Origin: a virus
Strand: one strand, 5' to 3'
DNA length: 64,000 nt
Virus record (IMG/VR): IMGVR_UViG_3300008262_000018
Span: 1 to 64,000 of that record
The notes under the pieces were generated by a model. The model ran no database searches. It was not told where the DNA came from and worked only from the letters and a program-made list of their open reading frames with translations. The position numbers and the translations under genes are program-made. Each line of letters starts with the position of its first letter. Position 1 is the first letter of the stretch. Positions 48,813 to 57,003 of this stretch are shown here, one piece after another.

Positions 48813-50141
48813 ATGAAAAAAGAATTTTTAAAAATGGCTGGTGTAGAAAATGAAAAAGATTTCTACAAATTATTTCCAACAGAAGAAACATTCTTTGGTA
48901 TGTATCCTGAAGCTAGAAAACTAGTTCAAAAGAAATATGGAGGTTTAATTAAAGCTAAAGGAGGATTTGGTGTTACAGGTTTAACCACAGCACCATCATT
49001 AAATAGAACTACTGAAATAGATGACCCATCACGTACATCTTCTAATTTTGCTGCAACACCAATAGCTATAAATCCTAATATGGTAAATCCTAATATAGTA
49101 AATCCATTATTTAGAAGATTTTCAGGAAATCTTAAGTTTAATTGGGGTGATCCTAAAAATAGAAATGTTTTTTCCTACGGATTAACAAAAGAAAAAGAAA
49201 ATCCATATTATAGTCATAAAGCAGGCTTAAGTCTTAATAATTTATTTTCTCCAGGTAGAGGTAGTTTTAATTTAACTGGTGGTTATACACCAAAAACTGG
49301 TGAATATAATGCAGGATTTAATTTTGGATTACCAAGTAGAAGAACTATAGCAAAAGACGAACCTAAATCTAATTTCAATGCTGGATTTAATATCATGCGA
49401 AATGATAAAGGTAGAGTGACAAGAACAGCTGAAGTTGATTATAATACAAGATTGGGCAATAAAAAATCTTCTCCAACATTAAGTGTAGGTGTTGATTTAG
49501 GATATAGATATGGTGGTGGATTAATAAAAGCTGTTGGTGGATTTAATGTTACAGATTTAAGTACAAAACCATCAATGAATTGTAGCAAGGGTAGTTGTCA
49601 AATGAATACAGATGACTATAGCTGGATAAAACAGAATCAAAAAATAAAACCCCCACCTCTTATAAGTCCTTGGGAAGCTATAACTTGGAATAAAGGAGAA
49701 TTTGCTGAAGATCAGCATGCTAAAATAAAAAAAGAGTGGGAACAGAATAAAAATTTATATGCTAACAGATATCCTAATTTAACATATGATGAATTTTATG
49801 CAGCTAATGAATTAGAAAGATATAATAGATTAAATCAAGGTCAATATAATAATTACTTTGATGCACAAGGTAATCCTGTTGAAGGAATGGATGCGCGAGT
49901 TTATTCTGCTCAACCTTATATTCCTTGGGCTAGAGCTGCTTTTAATACACCAACTCCTTCTCGTGAAGCAATTTTAGATTATTTTCAAACTCATAAGTTA
50001 AACAAAGATGATATAAAAAACTTTGTTAATGATCGTTATACATTTCCAAAAGAACATATGGTAGCACCTCCTTATTTTAGAATGGGTGGTGGTTTAATGT
50101 TAGGTAAACAAGGAAGTAAAAAAAAAGGGTGGGTCAATTAA
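48813..50141 (+). CDS. Cargo protein with two YGG(G)LIKAxGG-F.VT.L[TS]T modules
   Basis: KKYGGLIKAKGGFGVTGLTT and RYGGGLIKAVGGFNVTDLST. Confidence 0.72.
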   Translation: MKKEFLKMAGVENEKDFYKLFPTEETFFGMYPEARKLVQKKYGGLIKAKGGFGVTGLTTAPSLNRTTEIDDPSRTSSNFAATPIAINPNMVNPNIVNPLFRRFSGNLKFNWGDPKNRNVFSYGLTKEKENPYYSHKAGLSLNNLFSPGRGSFNLTGGYTPKTGEYNAGFNFGLPSRRTIAKDEPKSNFNAGFNIMRNDKGRVTRTAEVDYNTRLGNKKSSPTLSVGVDLGYRYGGGLIKAVGGFNVTDLSTKPSMNCSKGSCQMNTDDYSWIKQNQKIKPPPLISPWEAITWNKGEFAEDQHAKIKKEWEQNKNLYANRYPNLTYDEFYAANELERYNRLNQGQYNNYFDAQGNPVEGMDARVYSAQPYIPWARAAFNTPTPSREAILDYFQTHKLNKDDIKNFVNDRYTFPKEHMVAPPYFRMGGGLMLGKQGSKKKGWVN

Positions 50142-52243
50142 ATACATATAACAAGGGTGGATTTGTAACAACAGAAGCTACAACAAGACCTAGTGTATCA
50201 GAATCTGATAAACAACTTTTAGATGATGTTAGAAATAAAAAAATTGCTTGGTATAGTCAACGTGTTAATCATCCAGATCCTAGAATTAGCTCTGAAGCTA
50301 GACAAGCACTTGAGTTATTAAATAAGTTTCCTGCAGATCCTAGTAAAGATATAAAGTACACTGATATACCTCTTTTACAACAAAGTGGAGTTGTTGGTTT
50401 ATACCAACCTTATGAAAGAAAAATGTATTTAGCAGATCCTTATAAAACTTTTGATCAACAAGTAAAGTCATATTATCCTAGAGGACTAAGAAATCCAGGA
50501 GAAAAAGATGAACTTAAAAAATACTACGACTACGCTATGACTTCTGAACCAAGAAGTCATGAAGGTGAGCATTATTATGAACATCCTATATTAGATAATA
50601 TAGTTAATAAATATAACAATCAGATTTTTTCACAATATGCTGATCCAGATGTATATAGAGATCTGCTTTATGAAAGAGTAGGTAAACCTGAATTCCCTAA
50701 AAAAAGAGATCAATATGCATTTGATCTAGACGCTAATCATTTTTATAAATGGATGACAGGTACTGATGATCCTCGTTTTGGGTATAATAAAAGAAAAGGA
50801 GTTAATAAACATTTCACTCCAGCTGAAATGTATAGGGCACTTAATGATATAAGAACAGAATATAATATAGATGCTTCTAAAAATACAAGTCCTGAAGATT
50901 TTAAAACTATTTATGAAAAAGTTCAACAATCTTATAAAGATGCTAAAGAAAAGAAAGATAAGGGCGCTGCTATGAGATATGGTCATATGCTTGATCTTTT
51001 CTACATTCACGGAAATGATTTTGAAAAGATAAATAATTTGAATAACTTATTAGTGAGAGATGTGTCTTCGGATTTACCAGTTGCTGATGAAGGATTTATT
51101 GTTACAACAGATGTCACAAGTAAAAGTCCTTCTCAAATAACACGTGAGATAATCTTACTTGGGGAAATAGCTAGAGCTGAGCATGAGGAATTTAAAAAAA
51201 GGCTGAATGCCACTAAATTTTCATTAAGCAATCCACATTTAGCAACACTACCATCATCTGAAGATATGGCAGCTGCTAGAAGACTTGATGAACAAAAACA
51301 ATTCTATGAGGAAAACCCAAATGCTGGTACAATGGCAAGAGGTGATAATACAGTTCTTGTTAAAAACTTTCCTGTTACAGATCCTATAACAGGTAGACTT
51401 ATTCAACCTCAAAAACTCACAGCACCAGCTTGGGCAAAAGGATTATCTTATGAAGCTTGGGATATTGCAAATCAACCTGGTTTTGTTACTCGTTTGCAAA
51501 GAAATCCTTTGCCATTATGGGCACAATTGCTTGATCCTACAGGAGTTAGCAACTATGGAAATGTTAAAACATCTTATGAAGATATGGTAAACTCTGAAGG
51601 GTTTTGGCCTAAAATAGGTAATTCATTACTTTTTGGACTAGATGTTCTTAGTAGTATACCAATTATTGGAAAAGTTCCTAAAGTCCTATCAGGTGCTACT
51701 AAAGGATCAAAAGCTGTAAAAGGAGCAAGCAAAGCTTCTAAAGTTGCAAAAGTAGCAAAACCAAATGTTGCTAAAGAAATATTTTTAAGACCAATAACTA
51801 ATATAGATAGATTTACTGGAGCAAATAATTTATTTCGTTTATCATCAAATGCACCTACCTGGTTAAACAGAGCAACTAATCTAACAAATTCGTTTAATAG
51901 AGGTAGGCGATATTTTGGAGGATTATATCACGGTGGTATGTATGGATTAGATGCTCTTTCTAATTTAGGATCTCAAAATCAACCAGAATATATTCCAAGT
52001 GGTGTAGGTACTGTAGATACTGGATATACAGATAATCAAGAAAAAATTAAAAAAATAGAAAATGATTCTTTGTATGCTAGTCCAGGTGGTGATGATGAAA
52101 TAGTAACATTTCAACTCCCTGATGGGCGTGTTGTAAAAATGAGTTCAGGTAGTAAACCATACGCAGATTTAATGAACAGAATTGATTCTTATGATTTTGA
52201 TGATAAGAAAAACATGTTTATAATAAAAAAATATAAAAAATAA
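50129..52243 (+). CDS. Cargo protein with zincin domain and pre-toxin-like hydrophobic segment; may be fused to the upstream ORF
   Basis: HEGEH...PAEMY; DPTGVSNY...LDVLSSIPIIGK; weak GTG start next to an A9 tract. Confidence 0.7.
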   Translation: MGQLNTYNKGGFVTTEATTRPSVSESDKQLLDDVRNKKIAWYSQRVNHPDPRISSEARQALELLNKFPADPSKDIKYTDIPLLQQSGVVGLYQPYERKMYLADPYKTFDQQVKSYYPRGLRNPGEKDELKKYYDYAMTSEPRSHEGEHYYEHPILDNIVNKYNNQIFSQYADPDVYRDLLYERVGKPEFPKKRDQYAFDLDANHFYKWMTGTDDPRFGYNKRKGVNKHFTPAEMYRALNDIRTEYNIDASKNTSPEDFKTIYEKVQQSYKDAKEKKDKGAAMRYGHMLDLFYIHGNDFEKINNLNNLLVRDVSSDLPVADEGFIVTTDVTSKSPSQITREIILLGEIARAEHEEFKKRLNATKFSLSNPHLATLPSSEDMAAARRLDEQKQFYEENPNAGTMARGDNTVLVKNFPVTDPITGRLIQPQKLTAPAWAKGLSYEAWDIANQPGFVTRLQRNPLPLWAQLLDPTGVSNYGNVKTSYEDMVNSEGFWPKIGNSLLFGLDVLSSIPIIGKVPKVLSGATKGSKAVKGASKASKVAKVAKPNVAKEIFLRPITNIDRFTGANNLFRLSSNAPTWLNRATNLTNSFNRGRRYFGGLYHGGMYGLDALSNLGSQNQPEYIPSGVGTVDTGYTDNQEKIKKIENDSLYASPGGDDEIVTFQLPDGRVVKMSSGSKPYADLMNRIDSYDFDDKKNMFIIKKYKK

Positions 52244-52270
52244 TTATTCACAACTTTAAATTTAAAAACA

Positions 52271-54157
52271 ATGTATTACGGAACAAATCCTTATGGTTTA
52301 TCACCTTATATGTATGATGATCCATATACTACCTTGCAACGCGCTCAATATGGTTTAGAATCTGGTATGCCTTTTGAAGGTTTACCTCAATTAACTGGAT
52401 TACCAGAACCAGAACCTCAACCTGCAAATTACGCTTCATATCGTCAATTTAAAGATGCTTATGATAAATGGGTTATTGACAACTCTATGCTATCTCAAAT
52501 GGCTAATGTAGAAGATCCTGGTTTAGTTTCAGATCAAGGTGTAGTTGTACAAAATCAATCACCTTCTGGTTTTGTAGAACCTTCTTATCAAGGTCCAACT
52601 GTTGTTGAATATCTTGGATCAGCTGGTAAAACTTCAGATTATGCTACAAGAAAGCAAATTGCTAAAGTTTTGGGTATTCCAAATTACAAGGGTACTGCTT
52701 CTCAGAATAAGTTAATGATTAATCTTTTAGCTCAAAATCCAGCAGTTTTAAATAGTATTGCACAAAGTGTTAGTAGAGGTAGAGTAGTAGCACCTACTGG
52801 AATAGCTCCATCTCCTTCTATTGAAGAAGAAGAAGTTATTGTAGAAGATACAACTGGTGTAAACATTCCTATTGTTGATAGTTCTGGTAATGTTATTGAT
52901 ACAACGTCAGGAAGAGTTCTTACAACATTACCTAAATCTACTTATAAATCTAAAGGAAAAAAAGAAGAAGGATCTAGTAATCTTGAAAAAGCAATTGCTG
53001 CTTTATCTGCAACAGCACTTATAGGTGGAGCTGGGTATGCTGGTTTTGTAGAAGCAAAAAATATAATTGCTAGTACGTATAATTTAACAGGTGAAAATTT
53101 AAAATTATACAATGAGATTAGTAAAAAAAGAATAATGCCTAAAGTAAGAGGTGCTATAAAAGCTTGGGAAAACTTAGGAGATGAGGGTCAAGCAACATGG
53201 CGTGAACTAGACGATATGATTCGAGAAGATGCACGTATAGCTCGTAAGTATAAAGGTATGACAGCTGAAGAAAGAGTTGCATTTGATCTTCTTGAAGAAC
53301 AACGTAAACTTGAAACTGCTACTCGTACTCAGAAAACCAATATGAGATTAATGCAAAAATATGCTCCAAAAGGTACACCAAAGCTTACAGTTCCAAACAC
53401 TCCAAAAGCATTACCAAAAGTAAAAGCTCCTGTATCAACAGGGAGAGTTCTTCCTAAAGCTACTTTCTCATATCAAGGAGCAGCTCAACAACTTGGAAAT
53501 ACAATGACAAGAGCTTCAAACTATATAAAAGCAAGCAAGCCTTTTCAGAGAACATCAAGTTACTTAGATGAAATTTCAGCTACAGCTAGAAATCTTAAAA
53601 ATTCAAAAGCTTTTAAAACTGCTGGTAATTTGTTAAAAAGATTTAGATTTCAAGAGGGTGGTGAACAGCAAAATCAAATGATGCAACAAATTATTAGTTT
53701 TATTTCTCAAGAGTTACAACAAAATAAATCACCTTATCAAATAGCTGAAGCTTTAATGACGTATGGTATTTCACAAAAAGATGCTTTAGATTTAGTTGAT
53801 CAAGTTACAATGCAGATGTCACAATATATGCAATCAAATATGGCTGGTGCTCCACAAGGAGAAGATCAAGGATATATGTCAGCAGATCAAGGAGAAGCAG
53901 CTCAACAACAAATGATGATGGCATATGGTGGTGGATATTCAGGTACGTATGATCAAGGATCAGGATCTTATTTTCAAGCAGGAGGATCTTTTGTTCCTAC
54001 ATATGGTGATATTCTTCCTCAGTATATGTATGGTTCTGGTTATGATCAATCTTATATGCAAGATGGTGGTTCATTAAATATAGGAGATATGCTTGATGTA
54101 ACTCCAGAACAAATGGAGTATCTTCGCCAACAGGGATATGATTTTGACACAGTGTAA
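52271..54157 (+). CDS. Cargo/virion protein with DUF3597-like domain and GG motifs
   Basis: TVVEYL...SDYATRKQIAKVLGIPNYKGTASQN..MI; FQEGG, MAYGG, FQAGG, MQDGG. Confidence 0.7.
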   Translation: MYYGTNPYGLSPYMYDDPYTTLQRAQYGLESGMPFEGLPQLTGLPEPEPQPANYASYRQFKDAYDKWVIDNSMLSQMANVEDPGLVSDQGVVVQNQSPSGFVEPSYQGPTVVEYLGSAGKTSDYATRKQIAKVLGIPNYKGTASQNKLMINLLAQNPAVLNSIAQSVSRGRVVAPTGIAPSPSIEEEEVIVEDTTGVNIPIVDSSGNVIDTTSGRVLTTLPKSTYKSKGKKEEGSSNLEKAIAALSATALIGGAGYAGFVEAKNIIASTYNLTGENLKLYNEISKKRIMPKVRGAIKAWENLGDEGQATWRELDDMIREDARIARKYKGMTAEERVAFDLLEEQRKLETATRTQKTNMRLMQKYAPKGTPKLTVPNTPKALPKVKAPVSTGRVLPKATFSYQGAAQQLGNTMTRASNYIKASKPFQRTSSYLDEISATARNLKNSKAFKTAGNLLKRFRFQEGGEQQNQMMQQIISFISQELQQNKSPYQIAEALMTYGISQKDALDLVDQVTMQMSQYMQSNMAGAPQGEDQGYMSADQGEAAQQQMMMAYGGGYSGTYDQGSGSYFQAGGSFVPTYGDILPQYMYGSGYDQSYMQDGGSLNIGDMLDVTPEQMEYLRQQGYDFDTV

Positions 54158-54168
54158 AATATATTATA

Positions 54169-56934
54169 ATGCCTAGAATTATTATTAAAAGAAAAGGATT
54201 GGTAAAAGCATTTGATGGGTTAAATCTAACAACAACTAGCACAACTTCAGCTTCTGGAGTAGTAGGAAGTGGTGTTTTTGCTCCTGGATACGGGGTTAAT
54301 GCTACAACTACAACTACAACAAAACCTCCTATTCCTTTTTCAGGTGCAGGAACTAATCCAAATGAAAGTACTACTAACCCATTTAGTACAAATTTTAATG
54401 CATTGGATTGGGCTAGAGATTTGTATATGAACCCTGCTAAATCTTCTCCACAACCTGAAAGACTAAGTTGGGCTGAAAGAACTCAAGATAATCTTAATAG
54501 ATTTTATTCTTCATTAGATGATATTAGAGCACCTTTAGCAGAATATGATGCTTATAGAAGAAATAGAAGAGCAGAAAGATTTGATAGGGAAAATAGTTTA
54601 CCTGATAACTATTTAGCAGTGGGTCAGCAAAGTGCAGCTAATACTAGAGGGGATTGGGATATAAATACAGGTATGTTTGGTAAACAAGGTAGTTATGTTG
54701 CAAACAAAGGACAAACTATTAATCCTACAGGTTTTTTACCTGAAAGGGGCTTTAATAACAGAAACGCACAATATGGAGGGCAACAAGGTATGAAAATTAG
54801 AATAACAGGACTACCAAACCAAGAACAAATGGCTTATGGTGGTCAAGCAAGACATTCGTTAGATATTAGAAGAGATGCTTTAGCAAATCCTAATATTACA
54901 TATGAAGATCCATATGAAGTTAATAATACACTTCAACCTGTTCCCAGAGATGAAGCAAATCTAGAAGCAGAAAAAGATGAAACTGTTTTTGGAGATATTG
55001 ATGGAGATGGTGGTTTTGAACATTTTAAAGTGGGAGGTAAGCGACATTCTCAAGGAGGCACTCCATTAAATCTACCTGAAGGATCTTTTGTATTTTCAGA
55101 CACTGCTAAAATGAAAATAAAAGATGGAGAAGTTCTAGCCTACTTTGGATTGAAACCTAAAAAAGGTGGATACACTCCTGCTGAAATTGCTAAGAGATAT
55201 GATATAAATAGATATAAAGGTATTCTTGAAAATCCTGAAGCTGATGAACTTAGTAAAAATACAGCACAGCAGATGGTGAATAATTACAATAAGAAACTTG
55301 CGTATCTTGCTCTTATTCAAGAATCAATGAAAGGATTTCCACAAGGTATTCCTGAAGTTGCTCAAAAAATTCTTGGATTAGAAGCTCCAGAAGAACAAAT
55401 GGCTTCACCTGAAGATGAAGAAATGGCTATGCAAATGGGGCAACAACCTCAGATGATGGGACAACAACCAAGTGAAGAAGAAATGATGATGATGCAACAA
55501 CAAGGTGCAGAACAGCAAGCTCCTCAAGAACAAGCAGGACAAATGTTTTCTTATGGTGGTGAGTCTCAACTTATGAAATATGCACCTGGAGGTGCTTTTG
55601 ATTTTCCAACAACAAGTACATCAACTTTAGTTGGTAGTGGCTCATCTTTTGATCCAAATGTAACATATCAACATACAGCAACTCAACCTGGTTATTTAGA
55701 TTATAGTGATCCTAATTATGCTGGAGGTATATGGGCTGGTGATAGATATGAGACTGAATGGAAACCTTTAGTTAGTACAACTCTTGATGATCCAACTAAG
55801 TATGATAGAGTTGTAGAAGCTCTTGATAATTATACAGGTCCTGATGCAGATGATGTTAGAGCAATTATGTCTAACGCTAGATCAAGTGGGGATTTAAAAG
55901 GTAGAATTAGAACTTACTCTACAGACACTAAAGTAGGACCTTTTCATAATGCTGTTTATAGTGCTATAAATAGTATAAATGATACTACAACAACTACTAC
56001 TGCAGCTGTTGTACCAGATAAAAAAATTGGATGGAAGTGTGACCCAGCTACAAATAAACCTGTACCAAAAGAATATGCTACAGATGCTGAAATGACAGCT
56101 GATGGTGCTGTAACATATGAGAATCAAGCTAGTCTTCCTTGTGCAAAACCTGGTGATGTAAATTCAGGTAAACCAAGTAATGTTCCTTATGGACCATTGT
56201 GGCCTGATACAAGAAACCTTGCTAGAGCTGGTATGTTCCCACCAAGAAATTATTCTTTAGGTATTAAAGCAGCTCCTTATTCGGAAGATTCTGTATTTTT
56301 AAAAGATCCTAGACAACAACTTGCTGAAAATCAAAGTTTGCAAAACGCTGCTATGCAAGCACTTAGTACATCAGGAGATGTAAGAACATTAGGATCTATA
56401 GGAGCTGGTCTTCAAGGTCAAAGTTTAGCAAATGCTTCTAAAATTATTGATCAGGTTCAAGGTCAAAATGTAGATATTTTAAATGATTGGGCTAAATTAC
56501 GTGGTCAAAAACAACAAGCATACAATCAATATGCTGCTGATCTTGCTACACAAAGAGCATTTTTAAGTAAAGACACAGACGTATTTAATTTAAATCAACA
56601 AAGAGCTTACCAAAGAGGACTAGGTCTTGCTGAAACAAATCTTTGGAATAACATGATGAAGATGGGTCTTCTTAATGCTACTAACCCTCGTTATAATATT
56701 GATCCTAGAACAGGTCGTGTTATATTTAAAGGTGGTTATGGACCTGGAAATTTTGGAGGAGGATCTCAGTTTCAATATGGTACTAGAGAACACTATCTTG
56801 AAATGAAATCTCGTTTTCCAACATTAAGTGAAGAAGAATATTTAAGGATGGGTAAAAACTTTCCAAGCAAAACAGAAGAACCAGATCCTTATGCTCCTTA
56901 TTACAATTTTTATAATCCAACAATTCCTGAATGA
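54169..56934 (+). CDS. crAss-like cargo/ejection protein
   Basis: ANLEAEKDETV...GKRHSQGG.PL.LPEGSFVFSD core; Q/M-rich linkers; GG motifs; Thr tracts. Confidence 0.72.
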   Translation: MPRIIIKRKGLVKAFDGLNLTTTSTTSASGVVGSGVFAPGYGVNATTTTTTKPPIPFSGAGTNPNESTTNPFSTNFNALDWARDLYMNPAKSSPQPERLSWAERTQDNLNRFYSSLDDIRAPLAEYDAYRRNRRAERFDRENSLPDNYLAVGQQSAANTRGDWDINTGMFGKQGSYVANKGQTINPTGFLPERGFNNRNAQYGGQQGMKIRITGLPNQEQMAYGGQARHSLDIRRDALANPNITYEDPYEVNNTLQPVPRDEANLEAEKDETVFGDIDGDGGFEHFKVGGKRHSQGGTPLNLPEGSFVFSDTAKMKIKDGEVLAYFGLKPKKGGYTPAEIAKRYDINRYKGILENPEADELSKNTAQQMVNNYNKKLAYLALIQESMKGFPQGIPEVAQKILGLEAPEEQMASPEDEEMAMQMGQQPQMMGQQPSEEEMMMMQQQGAEQQAPQEQAGQMFSYGGESQLMKYAPGGAFDFPTTSTSTLVGSGSSFDPNVTYQHTATQPGYLDYSDPNYAGGIWAGDRYETEWKPLVSTTLDDPTKYDRVVEALDNYTGPDADDVRAIMSNARSSGDLKGRIRTYSTDTKVGPFHNAVYSAINSINDTTTTTTAAVVPDKKIGWKCDPATNKPVPKEYATDAEMTADGAVTYENQASLPCAKPGDVNSGKPSNVPYGPLWPDTRNLARAGMFPPRNYSLGIKAAPYSEDSVFLKDPRQQLAENQSLQNAAMQALSTSGDVRTLGSIGAGLQGQSLANASKIIDQVQGQNVDILNDWAKLRGQKQQAYNQYAADLATQRAFLSKDTDVFNLNQQRAYQRGLGLAETNLWNNMMKMGLLNATNPRYNIDPRTGRVIFKGGYGPGNFGGGSQFQYGTREHYLEMKSRFPTLSEEEYLRMGKNFPSKTEEPDPYAPYYNFYNPTIPE

Positions 56935-56942
56935 TTTTTAAT

Positions 56943-56998
56943 TAAACTTTAAAAGTTTAGTTTTAAACTTTTAAAATTTTATAGTATATTATATTATA
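56943..56998 (+). promoter_or_regulatory. Late-type promoter with tandem palindromes TAAACTT-N3-AAGTTTA
   Basis: Perfect palindrome 56943-56959, second copy 56964-56980, GTATATTATATTATA at 56984. Confidence 0.6.
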
Positions 56999-57003
56999 AA
57001 GGT

